64,000 bases of DNA from Clostridiales bacterium (GTDB taxonomy: Bacteria; Bacillota; Clostridia; Peptostreptococcales; Anaerovoracaceae). Position numbers and translations under genes: made by a program. The DNA lies in NCBI GenBank assembly GCA_015258265.1, contig JABZIP010000005.1, positions 11,521 to 75,520 of the forward strand, in the 5' to 3' direction. The notes below the pieces were generated by a model. The model saw only the letters and a list, made by a program, of their open reading frames with translations. It had not been told where the DNA came from and ran no database searches. Positions 48,912 through 62,384 of the stretch are shown here, one piece after another (position 1 is the first letter of the stretch; each line of letters starts with the position of its first letter).

Positions 48912-50147
48912 CTATTTGTATTTTTTGAATATAAGACTTGCATTGTGCCCGCCAAATCCAAGCGAATTTGACATAGCATATTCTACATCTACATTCTTAC
49001 CCTCATTTGGGCAAATATCTAAATCACAATTTTCATCTTTTACTTCAAAATTTATTGTAGGCGGTACGAAGCCGTCTGCAATCGCATTCACACAAATAAC
49101 CGCTTCTATTCCTCCGCTTGCTCCAAGCAAATGTCCGGTCATAGATTTCGTAGACGACATCACAAGTTTATTTGCATGTTCACCGAATGCGAGCTTCACA
49201 GCTTTCGTTTCTCCACTGTCATTTAAAGGCGTTCCCGTTCCGTGCGCATTTATATACATAACTGACTTCGGACTGATTCCGGCATCGTAAATTGCCATAC
49301 TCATACAAGCCGCTGCACCGCTTCCGTCTTCAAGAGGGGCAGTCATATGATTTGCATCGCAAGTTGCCCCGTATCCCACTATTTCACCAATTATATTTGC
49401 ACCTCGCTTTTGCGCATGCTCATATTCTTCCAGTATCAATATGCCTGCTCCCTCGCCCATTACAAATCCTTCTCGCTCTTTATCAAACGGTATGCAGGCT
49501 CTTTTGGGATTTTTAGCTGTCGATAATGCACGCATCGAAGTGAACCCGCCTATTCCCAAGTGGCTGATACACGCTTCCGAACCGCCTGCCGCCATTACAT
49601 CAAGATACCCGTCTCTTATATTTCGGAACGCTTCACCTATTGCATTTGTAGCAGATGCGCACGCAGTAACGCAGCAGGTGCAACTACCTTTGAATCCCAG
49701 TCTTATAGCAACTGCCCCTGCCGCCATATTAACTATAGTAGTCGGTATGAAAAGCGGTGAAAGTCTGTCAAACCCTCGTTTAAGCCCCTTGCTGTATTCT
49801 TCTTCTATTATGCTTAGAGCGCCTATTCCGCTGGCAATATTTACTCCGCAACGCAAAGCATCTATTTTTTCCATATCTATGCCGCTTTGTTCGAACGCTT
49901 CAATTGCAGACTTCAGCGCAAATTGCGTGAATCGCGCAGTTCTTCTTGCCTCCATTTTATCCATAAAGATTTCCGGATCGAAATTTTTAACCTCACCCGC
50001 CACTTTTACTTCGTGATTTTCAGTATCTATAGAACTTATGAAATCTATACCGCAAACACCTTTTTTGGCATTTCCCCACATTTCCTCGGCGCTGTTTCCG
50101 ATAGGCGAAATTGCTCCCACCCCTGTAATTACAACTCTTCTTTTCAT
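48912..50147 (-). CDS. fabF: beta-ketoacyl-ACP synthase II
   Basis: 411 aa, active-site Cys (ACASATNAIG), His-His, C-terminal NSLGFGGHN. Confidence 0.92.
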   Translation of the reverse strand: MKRRVVITGVGAISPIGNSAEEMWGNAKKGVCGIDFISSIDTENHEVKVAGEVKNFDPEIFMDKMEARRTARFTQFALKSAIEAFEQSGIDMEKIDALRCGVNIASGIGALSIIEEEYSKGLKRGFDRLSPLFIPTTIVNMAAGAVAIRLGFKGSCTCCVTACASATNAIGEAFRNIRDGYLDVMAAGGSEACISHLGIGGFTSMRALSTAKNPKRACIPFDKEREGFVMGEGAGILILEEYEHAQKRGANIIGEIVGYGATCDANHMTAPLEDGSGAAACMSMAIYDAGISPKSVMYINAHGTGTPLNDSGETKAVKLAFGEHANKLVMSSTKSMTGHLLGASGGIEAVICVNAIADGFVPPTINFEVKDENCDLDICPNEGKNVDVEYAMSNSLGFGGHNASLIFKKYK

Positions 50148-50166
50148 CGTTTTCTCCTATTATATG

Positions 50167-50904
50167 TTACATCGCTATGCCGCCGTCGACTCTAAGTACT
50201 TCCCCTGTAATATACGCTGCACTTTCGCTTGCAAGAAAACACACTGCATTTGCGATATCTTCCACATCTCCAAATCTTCCTGCAGGTATGGTTTTCAGCG
50301 CCGCTTCCACAACTTCACTTGGCAGCTTTTCAGTCATATCCGTCTTTACAAATCCCGGTGCCACTGCATTTACTGTAATATTTCTTGATGCGACCTCGCG
50401 CGCATAAGATTTTGTAAGACCTATAACACCCGCCTTGGCAGCCGAATAGTTCGCCTGTCCCGCGTTTCCTATTAACCCCGATACCGACGATATGTTTACA
50501 ATTCTTCCATACCTTTGCTTCATCATAACTCTTGCCGTTGCTTTCATCATATTGAAAACTCCCACAAGATTAGTGTTGATAACATCGCAAAATGCTTCCG
50601 TACTCATACGCATTAAAACATCATCTCTGGTAATTCCGGCATTATTCACAAGTATGTCAACTCCGCCAAAGTTTTCCACCGCTGCATCAACTATATCTTT
50701 ACATGCGGCTTCATCTGCAACATCCGCCTTTTTGATGCACACTTTCGCACCTTTTTCCTCGCAAATCGACTTGGTCTTTTGAGCTTCTTCGTCATTTCCT
50801 TTATATGTTATCACTATATTCGCTCCCGCTTCAGCCAGTTTGATTGCAATAGCTTTCCCTATGCCTCTGCTAGCTCCTGTTACAATTGCGGTCTTTCCTC
50901 TCAT
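50167..50904 (-). CDS. fabG: 3-oxoacyl-ACP reductase
   Basis: SDR, TGASRGIG cofactor motif, YSAAK catalytic motif. Confidence 0.9.
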   Translation of the reverse strand: MRGKTAIVTGASRGIGKAIAIKLAEAGANIVITYKGNDEEAQKTKSICEEKGAKVCIKKADVADEAACKDIVDAAVENFGGVDILVNNAGITRDDVLMRMSTEAFCDVINTNLVGVFNMMKATARVMMKQRYGRIVNISSVSGLIGNAGQANYSAAKAGVIGLTKSYAREVASRNITVNAVAPGFVKTDMTEKLPSEVVEAALKTIPAGRFGDVEDIANAVCFLASESAAYITGEVLRVDGGIAM

Positions 50905-50930
50905 TTGTACCTCCCGTTGCAAAATACAAC

Positions 50931-51854
50931 TTATCCTTTCAATGCTTTTACTGCCGCTTCAAAATCTGAAACATTGCTTATCGAAATGCAATTTACATCC
51001 CTATCTATTTTTCTTACAAATCCCGAAAGCACTTTTCCCGGTCCTATCTCAACTATACATTCAACGCCCGTTTTAATGATATTTTTGATAATATCTTCCA
51101 TTAGAACCCCCGTCGATACTTGCCTTACAAGCAGCTCCGCAATTTCTTCATCGCTTGTCTTTTCTCTACCTACGCAATTAAACAGTATCGGGAAAGTCAT
51201 ATCGCCAAATTCCAATTTAGCAAACTCCCGTTCCAATGCATCACCGGCTTTTTCCATATATCTTGTATGAAACGGTCCGCTCACATCAAGCGGTAAACAT
51301 CTTTTTGCTCCAAGCTCGCCCGCAAGCTCCGCAGCTTTGAGTACTGCGCTTTTTTCACCTGAAATCACAATTTGATCGGGGCAGTTGATGTTTGTTATAC
51401 TTACATATCCGTTTTCCGAACTTGCCCTCTTGCAACACTCCTCTATATTTGCTTTATCAAGTCCGATTACAGCGCACATCCCTGCGTCAATTCCTTTCGC
51501 CGCATCTTTCATACTTTTCGCCCTAAATCTGACTAAATCGACTGCTGTTTCAACATCCCACACATTCGCCGAACAAAGTGCGGTATATTCACCAAGGCTA
51601 AGCCCTGCTCCCATATCGAATTTTATACCGGCATCTTGTAACAATCCATATACTCCCATGCCGTATGCAAGCAAGATCGGCTGCGTATATACTGTATCTG
51701 CGAGTACATCAGCAGGTCCGTACCAAGCCGCGTTTTTTTCTTTTTCACTTAAATAGTCGAATACTCTGCGAAACGCGTCGTAATTTTCGTAAAAATCCTG
51801 TCCCATTCCTACCGCCTGACTACCTTGTCCTGCAAATATTACAGCTGTTTTCAT
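50931..51854 (-). CDS. fabD: ACP S-malonyltransferase
   Basis: 307 aa, GLSLGEYTAL active-site Ser motif. Confidence 0.9.
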   Translation of the reverse strand: MKTAVIFAGQGSQAVGMGQDFYENYDAFRRVFDYLSEKEKNAAWYGPADVLADTVYTQPILLAYGMGVYGLLQDAGIKFDMGAGLSLGEYTALCSANVWDVETAVDLVRFRAKSMKDAAKGIDAGMCAVIGLDKANIEECCKRASSENGYVSITNINCPDQIVISGEKSAVLKAAELAGELGAKRCLPLDVSGPFHTRYMEKAGDALEREFAKLEFGDMTFPILFNCVGREKTSDEEIAELLVRQVSTGVLMEDIIKNIIKTGVECIVEIGPGKVLSGFVRKIDRDVNCISISNVSDFEAAVKALKG

Positions 51855-51875
51855 AGATTTTCCCCTTTCAATTCT

Positions 51876-52892
51876 TTACTCGAAAGCCTTTTTCAACTCT
51901 CCCATAAGCTCGGGCACGGTTGTCATCTCGTTTACACGCCCGACATTCGCACCGGCAAAAAATAAACCCTCTTCCCAATTTCCGTAATATCCCTCGATAA
52001 GTGCCCTACTTATGCAGTAAGGCGTAGAGGCCGGATTGCAGGTGCTTATACAATTCAAACAGTGCTTGATTTTTCGCATTTCTCCGTTCAACTTACTTAT
52101 GAGCGGCGTTTTAACAGCTCTGCCCGGAAGCCCTACCGGACTTTGTATTATCTGTATGTCCTCGGCTTTAGCCTGTAAAATCACCTTTTTAAATTCATCC
52201 GTCGCATCACATTCCTTAGTTGCAATAAATCTGGTGGCAATCTGAACTCCGCTTGCACCTGCTTTCATCACCGCTTTAATATCCTCAGCATCGAATACGC
52301 TTCCTGCTGCAAAGACGGGAATACCGTCAGCAGCTTCAAGTACCCCTTTCACCGTTTCCTGTAAATTCGGCGCTGTCCCGTCTACAAGTTCTTCCCCGCG
52401 AAAGCCCAGATGTCCTCCTGCGTCTTTTCCTTCCGCCACTATGAAATCCGGTTTCCTGTTATAACGGCTCCATGCCTTTATTATAAGCTCTGCCGCTCGC
52501 TTACCCGACACTATCGGCGCAATCATTACACTATGATTTCCCACCAGCTTTGGAAGCTCCAGCGGCATTCCCGCCCCCGAAATTATCGCATCTATTCCAC
52601 AACTCAAGGCTTCCTTTATCATTTCCTTGTAATCTGTCGTTACAACCATCGCGTTTATAGCTATTTTCCCTCTACCTTGCGCATAACTTTTCGCCTTTTC
52701 TATCTCTTTTCTAAGCGCTCTCTTTGCCGCTTCAAGCGGTGCTTTCACCGCATCTTGTTCTCTGAAACCGATTAGAGCAGTTGAAATTACTCCCATGCCG
52801 CCCTCTCTTGCTACCGCTCCCGCAAGGCCGCCCATGGAAATTCCAACTCCCATTCCGCCTTGAATTATGGGTATTTGCCATTTACTATACAT
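51876..52892 (-). CDS. fabK: enoyl-ACP reductase II (FMN-dependent, NPD family)
   Basis: 338 aa, IIQGGMGVGIS motif, TIM-barrel FabK with C-terminal Cys-rich extension. Confidence 0.8.
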   Translation of the reverse strand: MYSKWQIPIIQGGMGVGISMGGLAGAVAREGGMGVISTALIGFREQDAVKAPLEAAKRALRKEIEKAKSYAQGRGKIAINAMVVTTDYKEMIKEALSCGIDAIISGAGMPLELPKLVGNHSVMIAPIVSGKRAAELIIKAWSRYNRKPDFIVAEGKDAGGHLGFRGEELVDGTAPNLQETVKGVLEAADGIPVFAAGSVFDAEDIKAVMKAGASGVQIATRFIATKECDATDEFKKVILQAKAEDIQIIQSPVGLPGRAVKTPLISKLNGEMRKIKHCLNCISTCNPASTPYCISRALIEGYYGNWEEGLFFAGANVGRVNEMTTVPELMGELKKAFE

Positions 52893-52911
52893 TTCGCTTT
52901 ACCTCCGCATC

Positions 52912-53820
52912 TCAAAAGGACTCGTATTCTTTCATCAATTCTTCAAAAATTGTCCTAAGCGGTTTTATTTCCTTTGCGAATGCCGCCGCTTGTCCTGCCA
53001 TAAGCGAGCCGTTTTCAACATCTCCTTCTTCTACAGCTTTTCGAAGAGCTCCAAGCGTGAATTTTTCAAGCTCAAGTTTATCATCCGTCATCTGTTCCAA
53101 TCTTAAATATTCTCGCGTCATAGCGTTTCTAAGACACCTTACCGGAACTCCCAACTTGTTTCCCGTTACTACGGTAGATCTGTCTTTTGCGAGCAATATT
53201 TCGTTTTTGTAATTTTGATGTATCGGACATTCAACACTTGCCAGTAATATGGTAGCAATTTGAACTCCAGCCGCACCAAGTATCTCTGCCGCTTTCATCT
53301 GCCTTCCGAGTGCTATTCCCCCGGCAGCCACGACAGGAACCTTGACACTTTCTACTATCTGCGGAATCAGCACCATACTGGTGAGCTCCCCTATATGTCC
53401 GCCGCTTTCCATTCCCTCAGCTATTACCCCGTCTACACCTTCTTTTTCCAACCTTCGTGCAAGTGCAACCGACGATACCACAGGAAACACCTTGATGCCC
53501 GCATTTTTCCACTTTTCTATGTAAACTCCCGGATTTCCGGCACCTGTCGTAATGAGTGAAGGCTTTTCATCTTCCAGTAACTTCGCCATTTTCTCCACAT
53601 CAGGATTCATCATCATCAGGTTTACACCAAATGGTTTATTCGTCAAAGCTCTTGCCTTTGCTATTTCTTCTTTCAACTTTTCAGCATTCATAGCCCCTGT
53701 TCCTATTATTCCCATAGCGCCTGCATTGGATACTGCCGCTGCAAATTCTCCTGTTGCCACCTGCGCCATTCCTCCTTGAAAAATAGGAAATTCAATGCCA
53801 AATATATCGTTTAAATTCAT
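52912..53820 (-). CDS. second FabK-like NPD-family enoyl-ACP reductase / nitronate monooxygenase paralog
   Basis: PIFQGGMAQV motif; about 35% identical to the adjacent fabK. Confidence 0.7.
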   Translation of the reverse strand: MNLNDIFGIEFPIFQGGMAQVATGEFAAAVSNAGAMGIIGTGAMNAEKLKEEIAKARALTNKPFGVNLMMMNPDVEKMAKLLEDEKPSLITTGAGNPGVYIEKWKNAGIKVFPVVSSVALARRLEKEGVDGVIAEGMESGGHIGELTSMVLIPQIVESVKVPVVAAGGIALGRQMKAAEILGAAGVQIATILLASVECPIHQNYKNEILLAKDRSTVVTGNKLGVPVRCLRNAMTREYLRLEQMTDDKLELEKFTLGALRKAVEEGDVENGSLMAGQAAAFAKEIKPLRTIFEELMKEYESF

Positions 53821-53833
53821 AATCTCTCCCACA

Positions 53834-54757
53834 CTATATACTCATAAAAATTCCACCGTAGCTGAGTCCTGCACCAAACCCGACCGCTACAATTTTATCG
53901 CCGCTTTTAATAATTCCTTTTTCCAAACATTCACTCATGGCAACCGCCACGCTTGCCGCCGATGTATTTCCGTATTTTTCAACATCCACAAAATATTTTT
54001 CTTCGGATATTTTTAATTTTCGTGCCGCACTTTCTATTATGCGCAAGTTTGCCTGATGGAATATGAACATATCAACATCGTCGACGCTCACCTTTGCGCT
54101 ATCCAGCAATTTTGTAACACACTCCGGTATCTTTGAAACCGCAAACCTGTATACTTCCTGTCCCGACATTTGAATTTTACCGCCAAATCCTCTGCATTCC
54201 AAGATTTCCTTGTTTGCTTCAAGACCGGCAATATTAAAGCAAACTCCGTCTTTATCTTGCTCTAATATCAAAGCTCCGGCGGCATCGCCGAACAGTACAC
54301 AAGTTTTCCTGTCATCCATATCCAAATGTGGGTGAATTTTTTCACTGCCTATAAGCAGAATTCTTTTATATCCCTTAGACAGCAACGCATTTGATACCGT
54401 AAGACCGAAAACAAATCCTGCACATGCACCGTTTATATCAAAGCAAAGCGTTTCTCCGTCAAGTCCAAGTCTGCCTGCTACCTCCGCAGCCATAGACGGC
54501 GCCGCATTATCCGGCGTAAATGTTGCAACTATTACCGCATCTATTTTTATATCATCTTCTTGCATTTTGAGAGCTTTTTCAGCTGCTGAAACCGCCATAT
54601 CCACATTTGTTAATTTTTTTGCAAAATATCTGTTTTTTATTCCCGTCTTTTCCTGTATCCACTCATCATTCGTATCTACATATCTTTGTAAATCCTCATT
54701 GCTCACAGAGCATTCTCCATGTTCATGCCCATAACCGGTAATTTTTATTCCAGCCAT
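53834..54757 (-). CDS. fabH: 3-oxoacyl-ACP synthase III
   Basis: Catalytic Cys (NGACAGF), His-Asn triad motifs (FIFHQAN, GFGAGLS). Confidence 0.9.
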   Translation of the reverse strand: MAGIKITGYGHEHGECSVSNEDLQRYVDTNDEWIQEKTGIKNRYFAKKLTNVDMAVSAAEKALKMQEDDIKIDAVIVATFTPDNAAPSMAAEVAGRLGLDGETLCFDINGACAGFVFGLTVSNALLSKGYKRILLIGSEKIHPHLDMDDRKTCVLFGDAAGALILEQDKDGVCFNIAGLEANKEILECRGFGGKIQMSGQEVYRFAVSKIPECVTKLLDSAKVSVDDVDMFIFHQANLRIIESAARKLKISEEKYFVDVEKYGNTSAASVAVAMSECLEKGIIKSGDKIVAVGFGAGLSYGGIFMSI

Positions 54758-54772
54758 ATTTTCTCCCACATC

Positions 54773-55600
54773 CTAAACTACATTCGCTTGATTCTTCGCC
54801 AGCTCTTCTCCAACTCTACGCAATTTTTTGTAACGATGCTCCGCTACATTTTTTCCGCTTTTTTTAATTTCACTAAGCATTTGCTCAATTTCCATACTAA
54901 CCGCATCGAAAATATACTCTCGCGCAACACCCGCACCCAGCTCAGGCTCTTTGATTATTTTGTCGCAAATCCCCATTTTGTATAAATCTTCCGCTGTCAT
55001 TTTCATTACATCACAGGCTTCTTCCCAACGAGCAGCGTCTTTCCACAATATGCTTGCAAAACCCTCGGGCGACAGTATAGAAAAAACTGCATTTTCGAGC
55101 ATCAGCATCCTATCGCATACCCCGAGTGCAAGAGCACCTCCGCTACCGCCTTCACCTATAAAAACCGATATTACCGGAACATTTACTCTGGCAAGCTCTG
55201 CTATGCACTGTGCAATCGCAATCCCCGCTCCGCGTTCCTCCGCTTCCTTCCCTGGATAAGCTCCCGGAGTATCTACAAATGTTATTATAGGTCTTTTAAA
55301 TTTTTCCGCCTGTTTTATCAAACGAATTGCTTTTCTATATCCATCGGGATTAGGCATTCCGAAGCGATATTTTAAGTTTTCCTCTAAATTTCGCCCTTTC
55401 TGCTGTCCAATCACCGTTACACTCGTCCCTTTAAAAGATGCAACTCCACCTATGATACTTGCATCTTCACCATACAATCTGTCGCCTGCAAGTTCGATAA
55501 AATCATCAAATATATATTTGATATATTCTTTTGCAGTAGGCCTCCCCGCCATTCTGGCTAATTTAATTTTCTGTGCGGCGCTTATCCCTTTACTTTCCAT
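54773..55600 (-). CDS. accA: acetyl-CoA carboxylase carboxyltransferase subunit alpha
   Basis: 275 aa, AccA crotonase-fold motifs (FVDTPGAYPG, GEGGSGGALA). Confidence 0.9.
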   Translation of the reverse strand: MESKGISAAQKIKLARMAGRPTAKEYIKYIFDDFIELAGDRLYGEDASIIGGVASFKGTSVTVIGQQKGRNLEENLKYRFGMPNPDGYRKAIRLIKQAEKFKRPIITFVDTPGAYPGKEAEERGAGIAIAQCIAELARVNVPVISVFIGEGGSGGALALGVCDRMLMLENAVFSILSPEGFASILWKDAARWEEACDVMKMTAEDLYKMGICDKIIKEPELGAGVAREYIFDAVSMEIEQMLSEIKKSGKNVAEHRYKKLRRVGEELAKNQANVV

Positions 55601-55617
55601 ATATATACCTCATACGC

Positions 55618-56364
55618 TTAATGTCTCGAATGAAGCTCGATTAACTTCGAAAGCATATTTCGCATATCCTTTCTTTCAACTATCATATCAACCATACCGT
55701 GCTCATACTGAAAATTTGCACGCTGAAATCCTTCCGGCAGCTTTTCTCCTATCGTCTGCTCTATCACTCGCGGTCCTGCGAAACCTATAAGCGCATCAGG
55801 CTCTGCGATGTTAATATCGCCAAGTCCTGCAAAACTTGCAAATACTCCGCCTGTTGTCGGATTCGTCATAACGCATATATATAAAAGACCTGCCTCACTA
55901 TGCTTCTCCACAGCCGCAGCAGTTTTCGCCATCTGCATAAGCGACATTATTCCCTCCTGCATTCTGGCTCCTCCCGATGTTGCAAAGACAACTATCGGCA
56001 ATCTTTTCTTGGTCGCATACTCGAAGGCTCTCGTTATTTTTTCTCCTACAACCATACCCATGCTCGCCATCATAAAGCGATTATCCATCACTGCAATTAC
56101 AATTTTTTTACCGTCCAATTTTGCCGTTCCCATTACAACAGCATCCTTTAGTCCAGTTTTTTCTCTAGCCTCTCGCAGCTTTTCACTATATCCCGGAAAA
56201 TCTAACGGGTTCAGTACCTTTAAGTTCTTACCTATTTCACGAAACGATCCTCGATCTACGGTTTCCTTAATTCTTAAAGCCGCCCCTTCATCGCTCGGCT
56301 CTTCACTTCGAACCATCGCTTTCATCATTTTCAAAATACTTTTCTTTTCCCGAAACGGATTCAT
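55618..56364 (-). CDS. accD: acetyl-CoA carboxylase carboxyltransferase subunit beta (lacks N-terminal Zn ribbon)
   Basis: 248 aa AccD core; no CxxC-CxxC zinc finger at the N-terminus. Confidence 0.85.
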   Translation of the reverse strand: MNPFREKKSILKMMKAMVRSEEPSDEGAALRIKETVDRGSFREIGKNLKVLNPLDFPGYSEKLREAREKTGLKDAVVMGTAKLDGKKIVIAVMDNRFMMASMGMVVGEKITRAFEYATKKRLPIVVFATSGGARMQEGIMSLMQMAKTAAAVEKHSEAGLLYICVMTNPTTGGVFASFAGLGDINIAEPDALIGFAGPRVIEQTIGEKLPEGFQRANFQYEHGMVDMIVERKDMRNMLSKLIELHSRH

Positions 56365-56367
56365 AAA

Positions 56368-57777
56368 TTATTCCTCTTTGCTGTCTTTGCGTTTTCGCTT
56401 TCCTACATCCTCAGTTGTTTGTAACAATTTTAGCAACTTGTCAAGCTCGTTATCTATAAACGCCGTAGTGTACTTTCCGCGCAAGAACCTCCTGTTATAC
56501 ATTACCAAATGATTGAATTGCAATGTAGTATCAACTCCGCTTATAATCGTTTCGCTAAGAGCTCTTCGCATTTTTCTAATTGCCTGTAACCTGCTGTTTC
56601 CCCATGTAATGATTTTGGCAGCCATAGAATCATAAAACGGACTTATTTCCGCACCACCGTATAGCGCACTGTCCGTTCTAACTCCAAATCCTGCCGAAAA
56701 ATGAACGAAATCAATCTTTCCCGGACATGGCGAAAAATTTTTGAGCGGATCTTCACAACATACTCTGCACTCAATCGCATATCCGCGAAACTCGATATCT
56801 TTTTGTCTATACATAAGCGGTAATCCGCTCGCAATTCTAAGCTGTTCCGCTACTATATTTACTCCCGTAACCATTTCCGTTACCGGATGCTCTACCTGAA
56901 GCCTTGTGTTCATCTCGATAAAATAAAAATTTTCTTCATCATCAAGTATAAATTCGACCGTCCCTGCCCCCTCATAACCTGAAATTTGAGCTGCTTTAAC
57001 CGCCGCTTCACAAAGTTTTTCTCTGGTTTTTTGATGTAATGCGGATGCCGGCGCTTCCTCTATCATTTTTTGATTGCGCCTTTGTATTGAGCAGTTTCGT
57101 TCCCCCAAATGGATTACATTTCCGTGCGCATCGGCAAGTATTTGTACTTCTATATGTCTTGGATTTACAACAAGTTTTTCTATGTAAACAGAATCATCGC
57201 CAAATGCCGCATCCGCTTCAAGCCTTGCCTGCTCAAAAGCGTTCTTTAGTTCATCCTCGCTTTTGGCTATACGCATACCCTTTCCGCCACCGCCGGCAGA
57301 AGCCTTGACTAGTATCGGATATCCTATTGCGCCTGCAATTTTGAGTGCCGCTTGAATATTTGCCACCGCTCCGTCAGATCCCGGCACTACAGGGACACTC
57401 GACTCTTTCATCATTTCTCTTGCTGCCGCTTTGTTCCCCATAAGCTCTATCACTTTTGCAGAAGGACCTATAAATTTAATCCCGTTATCTTCACAAAGCC
57501 GTGCAAATTCCGCGTTTTCCGAAAGAAATCCAAACCCCGGATGTATAGCATCACATCCGGTTCCCAATGCCGCCTCGATAATGTTGCTCATTTTTAAGTA
57601 ACTTTTTTGCGGACTTGCTTCTCCTATACATACCGCCTCATCCGCCGTCATTACATGAAGCGCATCTTTATCTGCGGTAGAATATACGCTTACAGTTTCA
57701 ATCCCCTGATCCAGACATTCTCTCACAACTCTGAGTGCAATTTCACCTCTATTGGCAATCAAAACTTTTCTCAGCAT
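56368..57777 (-). CDS. accC: biotin carboxylase
   Basis: 469 aa ATP-grasp biotin carboxylase motifs. Confidence 0.92.
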   Translation of the reverse strand: MLRKVLIANRGEIALRVVRECLDQGIETVSVYSTADKDALHVMTADEAVCIGEASPQKSYLKMSNIIEAALGTGCDAIHPGFGFLSENAEFARLCEDNGIKFIGPSAKVIELMGNKAAAREMMKESSVPVVPGSDGAVANIQAALKIAGAIGYPILVKASAGGGGKGMRIAKSEDELKNAFEQARLEADAAFGDDSVYIEKLVVNPRHIEVQILADAHGNVIHLGERNCSIQRRNQKMIEEAPASALHQKTREKLCEAAVKAAQISGYEGAGTVEFILDDEENFYFIEMNTRLQVEHPVTEMVTGVNIVAEQLRIASGLPLMYRQKDIEFRGYAIECRVCCEDPLKNFSPCPGKIDFVHFSAGFGVRTDSALYGGAEISPFYDSMAAKIITWGNSRLQAIRKMRRALSETIISGVDTTLQFNHLVMYNRRFLRGKYTTAFIDNELDKLLKLLQTTEDVGKRKRKDSKEE

Positions 57778-58205
57778 CTTTCTACCTCAAACAGTACTTC
57801 ATCAAATTGAACCATTTTACCATTTTGGCAACATACATTTTTCACTATCAAATCGTATGGTGCGCATAGTTCATTCATTATTTTCATAGCTTCGATAATG
57901 CACATAGTATCTCCTTTTGCCACGCGTTTCCCGATTACAGCAAAATCTTCCGCGTCCGGCGCAGGCGCAAGATAAACGGTTCCTACCAATATCGCTCGTA
58001 TTTCCTCGCCGTTTTTTTCAGTTTTATCAGCCTTATCGCCTGTACTCACAGGTATTTCTTCCCTTTCGATGTATACACGCGGTTCGCTTTTCGCCTCACC
58101 CTTTGATAATCGGAGTTTGAAATCGGGGATTTCAAACTCCAATTCTGTCAAAGAATGTTCGCTAAATTGTGTGATTATCTCATGCAATCTTTTTTGTGCA
58201 TCCAT
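57771..58205 (-). CDS. accB: biotin carboxyl carrier protein
   Basis: 144 aa, biotinylation motif EAMKIMNEL. Confidence 0.9.
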   Translation of the reverse strand: MDAQKRLHEIITQFSEHSLTELEFEIPDFKLRLSKGEAKSEPRVYIEREEIPVSTGDKADKTEKNGEEIRAILVGTVYLAPAPDAEDFAVIGKRVAKGDTMCIIEAMKIMNELCAPYDLIVKNVCCQNGKMVQFDEVLFEVERC

Positions 58206-58208
58206 ATC

Positions 58209-58442
58209 CTACTCCTGCTGGTATTTCTCAACACAAGCAACTATATCTCCCACCGTTTTCATAGCAAACAGCTCATTATCAGGAATTTTAATATCGAATT
58301 CATCCTCAAGCGACATTACCAGTTCTACCGCATCAAGAGAATCTATTTTTAAGTCGTCCCCTATCAAAGCCTCCGGTGATATTTTATCTGCATCACATCT
58401 CAAAGTTTCTACCATTACCTTTTTTACTGTCTCAAAAATCAT
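58209..58442 (-). CDS. acpP: acyl carrier protein
   Basis: 77 aa, DSLDAVEL motif; first gene of the fab/acc operon. Confidence 0.9.
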   Translation of the reverse strand: MIFETVKKVMVETLRCDADKISPEALIGDDLKIDSLDAVELVMSLEDEFDIKIPDNELFAMKTVGDIVACVEKYQQE

Positions 58443-58554
58443 ATTTAACCTCCAATTTAAATTAAAATATTTTATTTAAATTTTTTTATTTAAAAAATTT
58501 TAAATAATTCTATGTAATAATACTACCGTTTATCCAAAATGTCAACTATTTTTT

Positions 58555-58593
58555 TACAAAAAAACTGCTTGGAATTTTCCAAGCAGTTTTTTA
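58555..58593. terminator. bidirectional rho-independent terminator downstream of PFOR (CTGCTTGGA-ATTT-TCCAAGCAG flanked by A7/T6)
   Basis: Perfect 9-bp stem; lies in the AT-rich 200-bp spacer that also holds the acpP promoter. Confidence 0.7.
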
Positions 58594-58642
58594 TATTAAC
58601 TTTTGAATATCGGAGTTAAGATTTTTAGTATATAAACTAACT

Positions 58643-62239
<3,597 letters not shown>

Positions 62240-62324
62240 CTACATTATTATATACATTAAAAAAATGCTATTCTACACAAAAATAATACTACACCATATA
62301 AAGAGCATTGTCAAGATGTATCCA

Positions 62325-62365
62325 CAAAAATACAAAACCCTTTGGGTTTATTTCCAAAGGGTTTA
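62325..62365 (-). terminator. rho-independent terminator of the LPXTG protein gene (AAACCCTTTGG-loop-CCAAAGGGTTT)
   Basis: 11-bp perfect stem; T-run follows on the minus strand. Confidence 0.6.
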
Positions 62366-62384
62366 AATTTTTAATTAGCCCGAC

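Noticed and set aside
56401-56413. Rex-operator-like palindrome TTGTTTGTAACAA
   Set aside because: It lies inside the accC/accD coding junction rather than in a promoter, so it is likely fortuitous.
55808-56512. 234-aa plus-strand ORF overlapping accD/accC
   Set aside because: It is antisense to two well-supported housekeeping genes, with a Ser/Pro/Ala-rich low-complexity translation.
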